This document shows, in pieces, positions 43,375 through 57,000 of a stretch of DNA of 64,000 bases. The position numbers and the translations under genes are program-made. Source of the DNA: Deinococcus sp. (GTDB lineage Bacteria > Deinococcota > Deinococci > Deinococcales > Deinococcaceae); assembly GCF_018260405.1 (NCBI RefSeq), contig NZ_JAGLBG010000003.1:13910-77909 (forward strand). Reading direction: 5' to 3'. The notes under the pieces were generated by a model. It was not told the origin of the DNA. It ran no database searches and was given only the letters and a program-made list of their open reading frames with translations. The first letter of the stretch is position 1. Every line of letters starts with the position of its first letter.

Positions 43375-43411
43375 TACGGACTGCCGAGAGCGGAATAGAG
43401 CGCAGTCCGTA
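43375..43411. terminator. Inverted repeat TACGGACTGC/GCAGTCCGTA between convergent genes (ends of the small repeat family)
   Basis: 10-bp stem; same TACGGACT seed as 30443 and 44509. Confidence 0.6.
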
Positions 43412-43420
43412 GGGCCTGTC

Positions 43421-44509
43421 TTACACCTCATACTCACGGCCCTTCCAGCGCGTGCGTTTTCTGATGGCCGTCCAGACGACGGGCACGTAAAACAGCGGCT
43501 GTAGGGGCGTCATGCCGACCTCGGCCAGTTCGGAGGTGCGGTTGCGGCCCGTCAGCCAGCGCACCGCCAGCGATTCCAGCAGGCCCAGGGCGACCAGACC
43601 ACGCTGCCGACGCAGCAGGGGCAGGGTGTAGAAAACGGCTTGCAGGACGGTATTAACGACCAGCAGTTCACGACGCCCGCCATGCAGGGGCAAGGCGCTC
43701 CGGGCCAGGCCGCGCACCGATTGCGGGTAGGACTGATACATCCGCACGCCGATAAATTCGCGGCCCAGGGCCAGACTCAGCCGTTCTCCCGCCCCCTTGA
43801 CCCGCCGGGCAAAGGTCACGTCTTCGAGCAGCTCGGCCTGAACGCAGGCGTGCCCACCAAGCTTCTCGTAAGTCGCCCGCCGGAAGGCCATCACCTGCCC
43901 GTTGGCGGCGGCGGCGGCATAGGGCAACCGCAGCAGGGGCGCGGGAAACAGGCTCAGGATGGTCGTGTCCACCTGCGGCGTCAGCAGCCGCTCGCCCAGG
44001 GTGCGGTTGTCCTGCCTGGGAAAGATACTCAGCAGCCCGGCCTGGGTGCGTTCTAACTCGGCCACGACAGCCCTCAGTGCGCCCGGATGCCAGTGAACGT
44101 CCGCGTCGGTAAAAATCAGCAGCTCACCGTGCGCGGCCTGTCCCAGTTGCTGACAGGCCCAGGTTTTGCCGACCCAACCTGCCGCAAGCGGCTGCCCGCT
44201 GATGACCCGTGCTCCCAGCTCCCGCGCCACCTCAACGGTTTTGTCGGTGCTGCTGTCGTCCAGCACAATGACTTCCAGCGCTCCCTGAGCCAGCAGCGGC
44301 GGCAGGGTTTCGCGCAGGTTGTGCGCCTCATCGCGGGCCGGAATCAGAATAGAAGCGCGGCTGGGCCGGGCCGGGTCAGTGGCCGCCTTCAGCCGGGGAA
44401 AGGTAAAGGCATTGACCAGCAGCGTGCCGAGCTTGACGGCAAAAAAGCCCAGGGTCAGGCCGTTGATCAGTCTGTCGGCAAAGGGCGGCCCGTCATCACG
44501 CCGTTGCAT
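43421..44509 (-). CDS. cruC: GT2 carotenoid glycosyltransferase
   Basis: [47 protein letters not shown]; carotenoid cluster context. Confidence 0.8.
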   Translation of the reverse strand: MQRRDDGPPFADRLINGLTLGFFAVKLGTLLVNAFTFPRLKAATDPARPSRASILIPARDEAHNLRETLPPLLAQGALEVIVLDDSSTDKTVEVARELGARVISGQPLAAGWVGKTWACQQLGQAAHGELLIFTDADVHWHPGALRAVVAELERTQAGLLSIFPRQDNRTLGERLLTPQVDTTILSLFPAPLLRLPYAAAAANGQVMAFRRATYEKLGGHACVQAELLEDVTFARRVKGAGERLSLALGREFIGVRMYQSYPQSVRGLARSALPLHGGRRELLVVNTVLQAVFYTLPLLRRQRGLVALGLLESLAVRWLTGRNRTSELAEVGMTPLQPLFYVPVVWTAIRKRTRWKGREYEV

Positions 44510-44621
44510 ACGGACTCCGGTTAAGCGGACGCCTAGAGCTGAGCAGGGCAAAGAGAACTGTCAGGCGTGCAGTGAGCACCCCCGTCCCTGGGAGAGTTGT
44601 TAACGAAGCCGTCTGAATCAT

Positions 44622-44984
44622 TTAGCGGCCAGCCCGGTACACCGCCCACATCAGGAGCGGTTGCAGCGGCAGGCGGGCCCAGGTGACCCAGCGCGGCACA
44701 CCAAATTTTTCGGGGTACTGCGCCATGTAGATGTTGGCCGGATAGACCGCCAGCAGCAGCGCCAGCAGGCCCCAGCGGGCCGCCGGGCGGGTGGCGGGCA
44801 AGAGCAGCCCGATTCCGCCCGCAATTTCGGCCACGCCGCTGAGGGCAGTGGCCTGACGCGGCGTCAGGGGCGTGGACGGCGGCACAATCTGGTCGAAGGC
44901 GGCGGGGCGCACAAAATGCAGCAGCCCCAGGCCGACAAACGAGGCCGCCAGGACTTTTTCACGGGGCTTGAGGTCACGGGTCAT
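44622..44984 (-). CDS. DoxX-like membrane protein
   Basis: GLLHF..P..F..IVPP..SGVAEIAGG.GLL..VYPANIYMA..RLPLQ. Confidence 0.8.
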   Translation of the reverse strand: MTRDLKPREKVLAASFVGLGLLHFVRPAAFDQIVPPSTPLTPRQATALSGVAEIAGGIGLLLPATRPAARWGLLALLLAVYPANIYMAQYPEKFGVPRWVTWARLPLQPLLMWAVYRAGR

Positions 44985-45010
44985 ACGTTATTCTGCCCTA
45001 CAGCAGACAT

Positions 45011-45691
45011 TTACCCTCTACTTCTCGTACCGCCTAGCCACGCCAGCATTCTCGACGGCCAGTCCACCCGGTTATGACGGCTCGCCCGCCCGCGTAGCAG
45101 GCACAGATAGCCGGGCGGCGGCTGGTCGGCAGGGACTGTTTTCAAATCCTCTTCAAGTTGCGCCAGCACAGCCGCCAGGGCGCTTTCCAGCTCGTTGGGG
45201 GCGCACGGCTCACCCAGGCGCAGAAACGCTTCCGGCCACTGCGACCCGCGCAGCACTACCCGCACCGCGACGGGAAACAGCGCGACATGCTCACGCCCGG
45301 CCAGCCACGCGGCGCCCGGGTGCAGCGGCAACAGGGCCGCCGGGTGCCGGATTTCGCCCGCCGGAAACACCACCGCCCACTCACCAGCACGTAAGCCACG
45401 CCGCAGCGAACGAACTTCACGCTGCCCGCGCGCGCCAATCAGGCGCAGGAAGGGAAAGCGGGCCAGTTGCGCGTCGGTCATCATGATTTGAAAGGGGTGA
45501 AGGCAAGCCCAGCCCAGTTCGGCCAGCAGGTAACCGTCCCACCAGGAAGCGTGATTGGGGGCCAGCAGCGCCGCGCCGCGTGGCACCCTACCGTACAGCC
45601 ACACCCCCGCGAGGCTCCTGCGCAGGTTTTGCCGGATAGAGCGGCGCACCAGCAGAGTGATCCACCAGTGATTCAGTCGGCCCCAGTTCAT
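45011..45691 (-). CDS. cruD: PlsC-family acyltransferase (carotenoid glycoside acyltransferase)
   Basis: NHASWWDG and FPAG motifs; ATGA overlap with the upstream gene. Confidence 0.78.
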   Translation of the reverse strand: MNWGRLNHWWITLLVRRSIRQNLRRSLAGVWLYGRVPRGAALLAPNHASWWDGYLLAELGWACLHPFQIMMTDAQLARFPFLRLIGARGQREVRSLRRGLRAGEWAVVFPAGEIRHPAALLPLHPGAAWLAGREHVALFPVAVRVVLRGSQWPEAFLRLGEPCAPNELESALAAVLAQLEEDLKTVPADQPPPGYLCLLRGRASRHNRVDWPSRMLAWLGGTRSRG

Positions 45692-47160
45692 GCCCGCCAC
45701 CGTGCCAGCGCCAGCACCAGCCCTAGCGCCCCCAGCATCACCAGCAGCGTGACTGCTGCCGCGCCCGGCATCCCCAGCAGCCACAGGCCAGCAGGCAAAA
45801 ACAGCGCCTCTACTGGCAGATAATGCCCGAAATCCAGCCCCGAAACAGGTCGCCGCAAGGCCGGGGCCAGCCGGACAAAAGCCCAGCTGAGGGCGCTGCC
45901 GACCACCCACCAGCCCAGAAAATTCTGGAGCGGTGCCCCGGCCCACAGCGGGCGCGGGTCATGCCACGTCCAGAAGTGCTGGGAGGTCATCAGCGGTTCC
46001 AGGCCCACATCCCAGGCGACCAGCAGCAGGCCCGCCAGCAGGGGCCGCCCGCCCGCGAACCGGGTCGCCAGGAGGCTCAGCGCGAACCAGCCTAGCAGCA
46101 CCAGCAGCGGCACGCCCAGCAGCGTGGGGCCGGGTGCGCCCGCGTAACTGTAGCGGCCAAACGGAACTCCGGTCTGAGACCCCAGGTATTCCACCGCCCA
46201 GCCAGCGCCCAGGCCCAGAGCGGCCATTCCCAGTGCCCTTGTCCAGCCCGCCCGCGCTTCCCCGCTCAGGCCAGCGGCGTAACTTAGGGCCGCGCCGCAC
46301 AGGGCCAGCATACTCGCCGTCGCCAGCAGCGGAAATCCGGCGGGCCACAGGGGAACCGGCACTTTCAGCAGCAGCGAGAGGGCGCTCAGGATCAGCCAGG
46401 GCTTGAGAAGGGGAAGTGAGCGCTCCAGCCGCCGCCTAGATTCGGGGTGCAAGAAGAGCAGCAGCCCGGTCGACACCAGCAGGTTGGTCGTCAGAAAAAA
46501 CAGGGCTTCTTCAAAAGGCAGCGGCCCGGCGTACAGCCCAAGCGTATACCGCTGCGCGATGTGCCAGATGCCTTCGTGAATGGCGAAAGCGTCGGTCAGC
46601 CACAGGTAAAGCGTGGGCAGCAGCGTGGCTGTCCAGAACAGGCGCGGACGGCTGAAGACCAAATCCCCGCTGAAAGCCCATTGCCCCGCCAGCACCGGGT
46701 AAGCCCAGCCCAGAATGAGGCCCAGGTAAAAGGACTGGGGCTGGCGCAGACAAAACGCCCCTAGCAGCGCCAGCCCCAGCAGCAGCGCCGCGCCACCCCA
46801 GCGCACCCAGGGGGCAGCGGGCGGCGCACTCTCGCGCTCACGCCGCAGCAGCCACAGGGTAAACAGGCCCGTCATAAGCGTCTGGAGAACGAAGAAGGCA
46901 TATTCTTCGTAAGGCACGTACCCGATGCGCCCCAGCACCCGCTCCGGCGGATAGCTCCAGACACGCTTGAACACCAGGTAGTTGTCCCAGGGCGTGGTGT
47001 ACACGAATGCCACCGCCACCAGCCCCAGCAGCCAGCCGCGCGTCCAACGGTCATCCGCGTTCAGAAGGCCCGCTAGCGGCCCGGCCCGGCGCCGCGTGAG
47101 GTACAGCAGCAGCGCTAGCACGGGAACGATAAAGGTGAGGTGGTACTGGAGGTAGGTCAT
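45688..47160 (-). CDS. Fusion of membrane lycopene cyclase (CrtYc/d-type, two repeats) and CruF carotenoid 1,2-hydratase
   Basis: [12 protein letters not shown]...VW.Y...G.VPYEEY.FF and [19 protein letters not shown] (cyclase); E..GSQTG.PFG.Y.Y..GVP..WD..LEP..W.W..APLQNF.GW (CruF). Confidence 0.85.
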   Translation of the reverse strand: MTYLQYHLTFIVPVLALLLYLTRRRAGPLAGLLNADDRWTRGWLLGLVAVAFVYTTPWDNYLVFKRVWSYPPERVLGRIGYVPYEEYAFFVLQTLMTGLFTLWLLRRERESAPPAAPWVRWGGAALLLGLALLGAFCLRQPQSFYLGLILGWAYPVLAGQWAFSGDLVFSRPRLFWTATLLPTLYLWLTDAFAIHEGIWHIAQRYTLGLYAGPLPFEEALFFLTTNLLVSTGLLLFLHPESRRRLERSLPLLKPWLILSALSLLLKVPVPLWPAGFPLLATASMLALCGAALSYAAGLSGEARAGWTRALGMAALGLGAGWAVEYLGSQTGVPFGRYSYAGAPGPTLLGVPLLVLLGWFALSLLATRFAGGRPLLAGLLLVAWDVGLEPLMTSQHFWTWHDPRPLWAGAPLQNFLGWWVVGSALSWAFVRLAPALRRPVSGLDFGHYLPVEALFLPAGLWLLGMPGAAAVTLLVMLGALGLVLALARWRA

Positions 47161-47167
47161 ACTACAC

Positions 47168-48733
<1,566 letters not shown>

Positions 48734-48893
48734 AAGCCCAGCATACAGAGCTGTCCCAGACTGCGGCGGTGTGCCGTTGCATTCTGCTGTTCGTGCTGGC
48801 CGGACTTGCCAAGAGTGGTGGGCGGCTCCCTGGCGCGGCTGTGGCTGCTTCAAGCGCGGCACTGCCTGACACCGGTACTGACCCCGCGCTAGT

Positions 48894-50018
48894 TTAGCGG
48901 TGTTCCAGCCACAGTGGGCCACGCGGCCCCAGCGTCAGGCCCGGCTGCGGCGTGGGCCGGCCCCAGCGTACCCGCAGCGGCGGAGTCTGCGCCAGCACGG
49001 TCAGAATCAAACTTTGCGCCAGGTGCATTCCCAGGCAGGTGCGCTCGCCGCCGCCGAAGGGCAGGTAAGCCCAGGCGGGCGGCTTGGATGCCCAGCGTTC
49101 GGGCTGAAAGTCCCGTGGAGCGTCCCACAGCACCGGGTCACGCCCCGACAGATACGGCGCATACAGCGCCAGCGTGCCTTTGGGGATGTGAATGCCCTCC
49201 CACACCAAATCCCGGCTCACCCGGCGGCTGCCCATCCAGCCGGGCGGGTACAGCCGCAGCACTTCCTTGAGCAGCGCGGGATGCTGCTGGGGGGTGGGCC
49301 ACCGCGCACAGCAGGCCGCGTACCACAGGCAGTAGGCCAGCGCGTGAGTCACGGTATCGTGCGCCGCCGCCAGCGAAATCCGGGCTTCCGTCAGGCCGTC
49401 TGGAACGCCCAGCAAAAAAGTCAGCAGGTCGGGACGCGGCGCACTCCGGCGCCGCTGGGCCAGTCGGCGCAACTCGGCGTCCACCCGGCAGCGGGTCAGC
49501 GGTTGCGGCAGTATCGGCACCGGAAAGGCGCGGCGCAGCGGGGCCAGAAAGGTGTGCAGCAGACCTTCGTCAAACTCGCCGCTAAAGTACGCAGCATTCA
49601 GCATTTTCAGGGCGGCGAGGTCGGCCCAGGCCAGGGCGTCATATTGCCGGGGCATGGGCGGCATGGCCACTCGCATGGCGTCCACTAGGTTTCCTACCTC
49701 TGGGCGCGAAAAACCGGGGTTCAGTTCACGCCGCCGCCCAGCATGTTCCGGCGCGTCGGTCAGGATGATACCGCCCGCCAGGTGGGGCACCAGCCGCGAG
49801 AAACTGCCCACGCTGCGGAAGGTCTCCAGGTCACCTAGCAGCTTTCTGTTCCACTCGGGCGAGAAGCCCACCACTGCACGCAGCCCTAGTTGTAGCCCGA
49901 AAAGTCCCCGGCGCCCCGCCAGCGCCGCACCTTCTTCCAGCAGTGGCAGAGGCTCCGCGCCCCAGCGTGGCAGGTGGCCCAGTCGGCCCTCGGCGCGCGG
50001 CACCGGTAATGTGTTCAA
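48894..50018 (-). CDS. Cytochrome P450 (CYP287-like carotenoid 2-hydroxylase)
   Basis: [29 protein letters not shown]; TTG start overlaps the upstream TGA. Confidence 0.82.
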   Translation of the reverse strand: MNTLPVPRAEGRLGHLPRWGAEPLPLLEEGAALAGRRGLFGLQLGLRAVVGFSPEWNRKLLGDLETFRSVGSFSRLVPHLAGGIILTDAPEHAGRRRELNPGFSRPEVGNLVDAMRVAMPPMPRQYDALAWADLAALKMLNAAYFSGEFDEGLLHTFLAPLRRAFPVPILPQPLTRCRVDAELRRLAQRRRSAPRPDLLTFLLGVPDGLTEARISLAAAHDTVTHALAYCLWYAACCARWPTPQQHPALLKEVLRLYPPGWMGSRRVSRDLVWEGIHIPKGTLALYAPYLSGRDPVLWDAPRDFQPERWASKPPAWAYLPFGGGERTCLGMHLAQSLILTVLAQTPPLRVRWGRPTPQPGLTLGPRGPLWLEHR

Positions 50019-50512
50019 CCGTAACGCCCTTTCCACTCTTTTTTCTGCGTGGCGTACTCGGGGTTGGCCTCGGCCTCGTCCCATTTCGCCTTAAAAATCC
50101 GGGCGGCCTCGGCCTTGACCGGGTCTTCGGGGGCGCGGGGTAACTCGGCGCGGCCATGCGCTCCCGACTGACCTTTCTTGTCGTCAGGGACGGGGCCATC
50201 ATACTTTTTGCCGCCTTTGTGGTTGGCGTAGCGCCGGGCGCGGGTGTAGCCCATCTGGAGAAACTTGCGGGCCATGTCCGCGCCCACAAAGTCCCCGGCA
50301 GCCAGGTACTCCAGAAAGAGGCCGTAGATTTTTTCACTGCTCTCGCGGGCCTTTTCAGGGGTGGCGAACTTCCAGTAGGGCAAAATCTCGCCCTTGTAGG
50401 GTTGCACCAGCAGCACGCCCTGTTCCCCGATGCCCACGCGGTAAAGCTCCGGCTGCTGGCGCAAATTCAGTTCGGCGTAGTTGAGGGTGTAGTCAAATTT
50501 GGGGCGTGGCAC
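50015..50512 (-). CDS. DUF4385-family protein
   Basis: [53 protein letters not shown]; RBS AGGAG. Confidence 0.85.
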   Translation of the reverse strand: MPRPKFDYTLNYAELNLRQQPELYRVGIGEQGVLLVQPYKGEILPYWKFATPEKARESSEKIYGLFLEYLAAGDFVGADMARKFLQMGYTRARRYANHKGGKKYDGPVPDDKKGQSGAHGRAELPRAPEDPVKAEAARIFKAKWDEAEANPEYATQKKEWKGRYG

Positions 50513-51128
50513 GCTTCTCCTTTTGTAGCAGCGCAAATTCTACCTGCCCGAAGTGGGCCGCGTGGGTCAGCCGCAGCTCCGGCACCTGGCGCTCAATCCA
50601 GCTCAGGTCGGGGAAGGTCAGGCCGCCCAGTCTGGCCAGAATCTGCTGACCCAGGCCGCCGCCACTCGCCGCGTACATCAGCCACAGCCGCCCGCCCGGT
50701 TTGAGCAATCGCGCCGCCTCGCGCAGCAAAGCCGCCGGGTCAGCCGTCTCGTTGAGGGTCGCGCCGATGGTCAGACCGTCGTAGTTTCCCGCCTCCAGGC
50801 CAGTCTTTTCGGCATTCAGACACAGCCAGTTCACCGCGCCCCGCTCCCGCCGCCGCGCCGCTTGCAACATGGCCGGGCTGATGTCCAGCGCGTCTACTCG
50901 GCACCCGGCCCGCGCCAGTACGCCAGCGTAAAAGCCGGTGCTGGTGCCGACATCCAGCCAGTGTTCGCCCGGCAAAGGCTGCGCCAGACCCAGAAAGAGC
51001 CGCCTCTCGCGCTCCAGACTGAACTTTTCGCCGCTGAGCAGCATCAGCGAACGCGCTCGCCACCAGCGGTAGCCCCAGGCGGTAAGTGGCACAAAATTGC
51101 TGCGCTGGGCGCGGGTCAGGCGGTTCAC
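50493..51128 (-). CDS. Class I SAM-dependent methyltransferase
   Basis: [27 protein letters not shown]. Confidence 0.85.
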   Translation of the reverse strand: MNRLTRAQRSNFVPLTAWGYRWWRARSLMLLSGEKFSLERERRLFLGLAQPLPGEHWLDVGTSTGFYAGVLARAGCRVDALDISPAMLQAARRRERGAVNWLCLNAEKTGLEAGNYDGLTIGATLNETADPAALLREAARLLKPGGRLWLMYAASGGGLGQQILARLGGLTFPDLSWIERQVPELRLTHAAHFGQVEFALLQKEKRATPQI

Positions 51129-51688
51129 GGGGCCACCTCCCCGCGTTCCAGTTCGCCGACCCAGCCGCGCAGCCACTCCAGGTCGGCGCGGGTCAGGGCC
51201 AGGAGGCGGGTTTTGGGCCGTTTCATGCTCTGCGGGAGGCCAGGCAGCTCCAGCAGGCGTTCTTGCATCGCCACGCGGGCTTCAAGTTGCGCCAGCCGCT
51301 CCTGCGCGGCCATCAATCGCTCGGCGGCGGGCAGGTGCTCGCAGAATATGAGGGACACGCTGCCCGGCAGAATCAGGACTTCCTCGTGTGCCAGCCGGGC
51401 CTTGAGCAGTTCGAGGAAATGCGCGTGCCCCGCCTCGGTCAGCCGGTACACCTTGCGGGTGGGCCGCGCTCCGTGCTGCGCGGGGTGGCTGGCAATCAGG
51501 GCGTGCTGCTCCAGCCGGTCCAGCAGCTGGTAGGCCGTCGCCTTTTTAAGGTCAATCACGCAGCCCAGTTGCCGACTGATAAAGTCGTTGATTTCGTAGC
51601 CGTGCCGCTCCTGCGCGCTCAGCAGCCCCAGCAGTAGCAGCACCCGCTCATCGTCAGGAAGGGCAGGAAGAGAAATGAGGTCAGCCAC
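51125..51688 (-). CDS. PadR-family transcriptional regulator
   Basis: LLGLL...[26 protein letters not shown]. Confidence 0.88.
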   Translation of the reverse strand: MADLISLPALPDDERVLLLLGLLSAQERHGYEINDFISRQLGCVIDLKKATAYQLLDRLEQHALIASHPAQHGARPTRKVYRLTEAGHAHFLELLKARLAHEEVLILPGSVSLIFCEHLPAAERLMAAQERLAQLEARVAMQERLLELPGLPQSMKRPKTRLLALTRADLEWLRGWVGELERGEVAP

Positions 51689-51702
51689 AGTTCCTTAACT
51701 CT

Positions 51703-51743
51703 AATTGGTCAATCTTGACTATTCAATACCCGACTCATAGATT
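51703..51743 (+). promoter_or_regulatory. Divergent promoter region: palindrome GTCAA-TC-TTGAC over -35 TTGACT, then N17 and -10 TAGATT (leaderless)
   Basis: Palindrome 51708-51719; TTGACT 51715-51720; TAGATT 51738-51743; ATG 51750; probable PadR operator. Confidence 0.62.
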
Positions 51744-51749
51744 GAGGGC

Positions 51750-52709
51750 ATGAGAAAGCGTCAACTCCTGTTGCCCCTCGCCCTTATGGTTGCGGGCGGC
51801 CTCCTCTTGAGCAGCTGTGCGCCTGCTCAGACCGCCCGGCCTGGTGCCGATGGTTATCTCTTGCGCCCTGCCCTAAGTGGCGAGCGCCGCAGTCTGAATC
51901 TGCCCGGCTTCGGCAAGATCGTGTATTACGCCGACTCGCGTGGCACGGGTCGCCCACTGGTGCTGGCGCACTCCATTAACGCCGCAGGCAGCGCCTACGA
52001 GATGAAACCCCTGTGGGACACCTACGTCGGCACCCGCCCGGTCTACGCGCTGGAATTTCCCGGCTTCGGCAGCAGTGAGCGCCGCGACGTGCAGTACACC
52101 CCAGAGCTGATGACCTCGGCCCTCCGCGCCCTGGTGGCCGAACTGGGAACCGATGTGGATATGGTCAGCCTAAGCCTGGGCAGCGAGTTTGCTGCTCGCG
52201 CCGCCCTGAGTGAGCCGCGTATCAAATCGCTGGCCCTGCTCTCGCCCAGCGGCTTTAGCCAGCCAAGAGGGTCCAGCCAGAGCGCGAACAGCAGCGAGCG
52301 GTATAACCGCCTCAGCGCCATTGGCAGTCCGCTGTACGCCGCCTTGCGCACCCGGCCCAGCATCCACTATTTCCTGAGCCGCAGCTTCCGGGGGCCGGTG
52401 CCCGGCGACCTGATTGACTACGCCATGGAGACCACCCGCCAGCCCGGAGCCAAGTACGCGCCGCTGCACTTCGTGAGTGGCCGCCTGTTCACGCCCGACG
52501 CTTACGGAGACCTGTACAGCAAACTGACCACGCCAACGCTGGTGCTGTATGACCAAGACGGCTTTGTGTCCTTTGAGCGCCTGCCGCAGTTCGCGCAGCA
52601 GCCCAACGCCACGGTGGTCAGGATTCCAGATACCGACGGGCTGGCCCACTGGGAAAAGATGAGTGAGACGAAGGCCGCACTGGACGCTTTCTGGGCTAAA
52701 ATCAGGTAG
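51750..52709 (+). CDS. Alpha/beta-hydrolase-fold lipoprotein
   Basis: Lipobox LSSC; [26 protein letters not shown]-terminal H. Confidence 0.8.
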   Translation: MRKRQLLLPLALMVAGGLLLSSCAPAQTARPGADGYLLRPALSGERRSLNLPGFGKIVYYADSRGTGRPLVLAHSINAAGSAYEMKPLWDTYVGTRPVYALEFPGFGSSERRDVQYTPELMTSALRALVAELGTDVDMVSLSLGSEFAARAALSEPRIKSLALLSPSGFSQPRGSSQSANSSERYNRLSAIGSPLYAALRTRPSIHYFLSRSFRGPVPGDLIDYAMETTRQPGAKYAPLHFVSGRLFTPDAYGDLYSKLTTPTLVLYDQDGFVSFERLPQFAQQPNATVVRIPDTDGLAHWEKMSETKAALDAFWAKIR

Positions 52710-52764
52710 TTCTGGCCTCGCCCCTACTGCCCCTTTTTCCGTTCCTGCCCCCTGCGGAGACTTT

Positions 52765-53718
52765 ATGCCCTCACAGCCGCCTGCGCCGCCCACCGTCAGC
52801 CCGCCAAATTCCGCCCTGGCCTGGTGCCGCGAGGTCACGCGCATCCACAGCCACACTTTTTACCGTGGTTCGCTGCTCTATCCGCGCGGCCAGCGTGAGG
52901 CGGTCTGGGCGGTGTACGCGGCTTGCCGGGTCGGGGACGACATCGCCGACTCCGGCAAACCTCTCAGTCAGGCGCAGACCGAGCTGGACGGCTGGTGGGC
53001 GCAGGTGCAGGCGGCTCACGCTGGCAAGCCGGGCCAGAACGACATGGAGCTGGCGCTGGCCTGGGCTTTCGCCCGCTACCCGGTGCCGCTCTCGGCCTTT
53101 GCGGAGCTGTATGCGGGCTTTTGCATGGATTTGGCTGGGCAACAGTACGCCACTCTGGCCGACCTGGAACTGTACTGCCGCCGGGTCGCGGGCGTGGTGG
53201 GCTTCATGATCGCGCCTATCGGGGGCTACCGGGGGGGCGATGACACCCTGCGCTCGGCACTGGCACTGGGCAAGGCCATGCAACTGACCAACATCCTGCG
53301 CGACGTAGGCGAGGATTTGCGACTGGGGCGGCTGTATCTGCCCGCCGAGTTACTGGCCGAATACGGAGTGAACGTGGGTGACCTGAAGGCGGGCCGCGTG
53401 ACCTCGCAGTACCAGGCACTGGTGGAGCACCTGACCTTACTGGCCCATGAGTGGTACGCGCAGGGCTGGCAGGGCGTCGCGCAACTTGAAGGCCGGGCCA
53501 GGTACGGGGTGGCGGTGGCCGCCCGCCTCTACGCCGGGATTCTGGAGGAGGTGAGAGCGAACGACTACGACAACCTGACGCAGCGAGCGCATGTGTCAGG
53601 ACGGCGCAAGCTGTGGCTCACGGTGCACGAACTGCACAAGCACCACCCCCGGCCTGGGCTTTGCCCACTCAACTGGGTGGCCGGGGGCTACGCCCGCCTG
53701 CGCTCGGTGCGCCCATAG
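52765..53718 (+). CDS. crtB: Phytoene synthase
   Basis: HS.TFY, VYAACR.GDDIAD, YCRRVAG.VG, LGKAMQLTNILRDVGED...GR.YLP. Confidence 0.92.
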   Translation: MPSQPPAPPTVSPPNSALAWCREVTRIHSHTFYRGSLLYPRGQREAVWAVYAACRVGDDIADSGKPLSQAQTELDGWWAQVQAAHAGKPGQNDMELALAWAFARYPVPLSAFAELYAGFCMDLAGQQYATLADLELYCRRVAGVVGFMIAPIGGYRGGDDTLRSALALGKAMQLTNILRDVGEDLRLGRLYLPAELLAEYGVNVGDLKAGRVTSQYQALVEHLTLLAHEWYAQGWQGVAQLEGRARYGVAVAARLYAGILEEVRANDYDNLTQRAHVSGRRKLWLTVHELHKHHPRPGLCPLNWVAGGYARLRSVRP

Positions 53719-53779
53719 AGGCACAATTGGTTGCGCCGGAATTGAGCGGAGTCGCCCAAAAACGGTCTGCGCCACTGAT

Positions 53780-53823
53780 AAAGGGAGCCTAGGGAAAGAT
53801 AACTCTTCCCGTAGGCTCCCTTT
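53780..53823. terminator. Bidirectional intrinsic terminator
   Basis: AAAGGGAGCCTA ... TAGGCTCCCTTT between the convergent crtB and lipoprotein genes. Confidence 0.72.
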
Positions 53824-54038
53824 GCGCGTCAGGTCTTCAGTAGGTGATTGTAGGCGTGGGCACCAGACCCGAGGTGCCGGGGCCGATCGGCAGGCTGTAA
53901 ATCAGGGTCACGGCCTGCCAGCGGCCCAGGTTCTGTACTTTGGGAGGCGTATACGTGGGCTGCGGCGTGGGCTGTGCAGTGCTGGTTTTCATCATGTCAT
54001 TTACTCCAAAAAGGGTCTGTTGGGTTTAAACACAAAGC

Positions 54039-57000
54039 TCAGGGGGTGGGGGCCAGGGCCACGCCACGCAGGGCGGTGTTAGTCTTGGCGGTGGTTAGCA
54101 CGGTGGGCGCGCCGCTGAGGCTGCCCAGGTAGCCGCTGGCGTCGGTCAGTTTGACCAGCTGAGTGCCCGCCGCGTTGGTGGCGAACAGAGTCACGCTGTT
54201 GCCCTGCTGCGCTCCGGTCAGGCCCACATACTTACCACTGGCTGCGCCGGAGGTGACCCAGCTGCCGCTTTGAAGGCTGAATTTTTCGAGGCCGTTGGCC
54301 GCCGTGCCGTCAGCGACATACAGCGTGTCCAGGCCGGGCGTGCCGTCTAGGTCAGCCAAGTAGTAGCTGTAGCTGTCAGCGCTCAGGGTATCGCTCAGAC
54401 CGGGCAGGCGGGCAGCGGTCTGGCCGGGGGTGCTTGGCAGGCCGCTACCGATGCTCAGCACGCCCTTGGTGCCGGTGACCGAACTGGAGGCGTAGAGCTG
54501 GCCGCCGTAGATGTTGAGCTGGCGCAGGTTGGCCGGGGTCGCCAGGATGTTCGTGGAGGTGGTGGCCCCCAGCGGCGCGTAGTTGACGCCGCCCGCCCCG
54601 CCCGCAATATAGAAGCTGCTGCCGTTGGCGCTGGCAACGCTGCGCGGATTGTTGCCGCTCACGGCGTCGGTCAGCGAGGTCGTGGTGTCCACGTTGCCCT
54701 GCGCATCGATGCGCCCGATGGTACGTGGCACAGCACTGGACTTGGTTCCTGACAGGCTGGCGCTGTAGGGCGCCGTGGTGCCGTAGCCGGTCAGTACCAG
54801 AAAGTGACCGTCAGCCGAGCGCGAGAGCAGGCCCTCACTGGTCGCCGTGCCGCTGGCGATAAGCGGCTTGTTGCTGCCGCTGGCGGCGGTGGGGAGGGCC
54901 ACGCTGCTCACCAGGCTGCCATCGTTGCCGTTGTAGGTCTCTACGAAGACGGCGTTCCCAGTGTTAGCCAGCGCCGCGCCGCCGTCGCCCACGCGGTAGA
55001 CCGACACGTTGGGCAGGCTGGTCACTGGGCTGGTAGGGGCATTGACCGTCGCGGTGGTCGTGGCGCTGACCGGCGCGCCGCTGCCAGGGGTCACTCCCGC
55101 AGTGATGGTCGCGCTGCCTGCGGCGACGGCGGTGGCCTGCCCCGCACTGGTCAGACTTAGGACGCTGCTGTTGCTGCTGCTCCAGGTAACAGAGACGGTG
55201 CAGTTGCTGGGCGTGGTGGTGTAGCTGGCCGTAAAGGTCTGGGTACTGCCCACAGTAAGCGTGGGGCTGGCCGGGGTAATGGTCAGGTTACTGACCGTGC
55301 AGCTCTGGGCGGGCAAAGCGCCAACGGTCACAGTCTCGGCGCGGAACTTCTGCCAGTCCTGGGCGGGGCCTACCAGATCCTTAGCCACGATGCCGTCACC
55401 GTAGAACACGCTGTCGCCGTTGTCGGTCAGCAGTTGCAGGGTCTGCCCAGTCAGCGCCTCGCTGTCAGGGTTCACGGCGGGCATATTCACGATGCTTTCC
55501 AGGCTGCCGTCCATGCTGGTCGCCAGACTCTGGAGGTCGTTGCGGAGGTGGGGCGCGTCGCCCGCCTTGCCCGACCACGAGTACAGCGCGAAGTTGCTGC
55601 CGCTCGTGGCTGGCCCGGCCAGAATCAGGCAGCCCTGGCCGTTGCACTTGAGTTCGCGGATGGCCCGCCCACCCAGGTCGAGCTGAATGGGCGGGTCAAA
55701 AGTGGCGCTGCTGGCCGCGCCCGTCACCAGGTCGACAAAGTTGGTCACCGGCACAATCAAGGCCAGGTTGCGGCTGCTGGTCGTTTCCAGCGGCGCACGG
55801 AAGCTGATATACGCGGTAGTGGTGCCCGGCTTAAAGGCCAGCCCCTCGATGTTGTAGCCCACGCCATCCAGTTCGGGAATCACGCCCGGCGCGGCGCTGG
55901 TGTTCAGCCCCAGCGCCGCGCCGTTGGCATGGTCCCAAGCCAGCAGGTCTTCACGCAGGCGGTCATAACGGCCCACGTAGCTCAGGGTGGTGGCCGCGCC
56001 GCTGCCGCTCACGTCGGTGGCGAACACGCGGTTGCGGTTGGTACGGACCGCGCCCTTCTTGCTGTTGCTCTCGGATCCCAGCCAGAAAATCCGGTTGCCC
56101 AGGCGGGCGCTGGCTTCCAGGTCAATCTCCGGGTTGGCCGTGTCGGTCAGGTTGAGGCTGGAGGTGAAATCGAACTTCGCCAGCGGCGCACTGGAGGTCG
56201 TGGTGGGGTACAGGTTAAGGGTATTGAACTCGTCGTCGGCGACCAACATGTAGCCGCCCAAATCCTGGGCACTGGAAGCATTGCTCTCATTGCTAAAAAA
56301 GCGCGTGCTGGCTGTGGCTCCCGCTGCCTGACTGGCCGCGTATTTGACAGTGTAGCTGGCGCTGGCGCGGGTGCCGTCGGCCACCGTGACGGTGATGTCG
56401 GCGTAACCTGCTTTCTGGGGGGCAATCTTGAGGGTGCGGTTCGCGCCGCTGCCGCTGAGGCTGACCGTTGCCACGCTGGAATCACTGCTGGTCGCGGTGA
56501 CATTCAGGCCCGCCGCATCGGTGTCGCTGGCAGCCACCGTGAAGTTCAGGCCCTGCACCGAGGCCGGGTCAGTAGGGTCGCCGATGGTGCCAGTCACGTA
56601 GGCGGGGCCACTGGCAGGCAGCTTCACGTTGGGGTTGGCTCCGGCCTGCGGGGCAATCGCCACGGGCACGTCTATGTTGCTCACCGCCGTAAAGACTACA
56701 GTATAGAAAAACGGGTCGGTGGTGCCGGACACGGCAGGCATCTGGGTGGCAAAAGTTACGTCGCTGCTGGCTCCGGGGGCCAGGGTGCTGCCCGTCTGCC
56801 AGCCGCTCCCCGAGAGGCCGCCCGTCCCCAGAACCAGACCCGTGGGCAGGTTGACGCCCAGGCCACTGGTGTTAATTGGCACATAGGGCGTGGCCGCGCT
56901 GTCCACTGCGCCGCTGGCGTCACGCGCCTGAATCGCAACCAGCGAAGCCGCCTGGCCAGAGGCGTCCGAGCCGTCGAAATGCTTAAGGTCCTTGAAGTAG

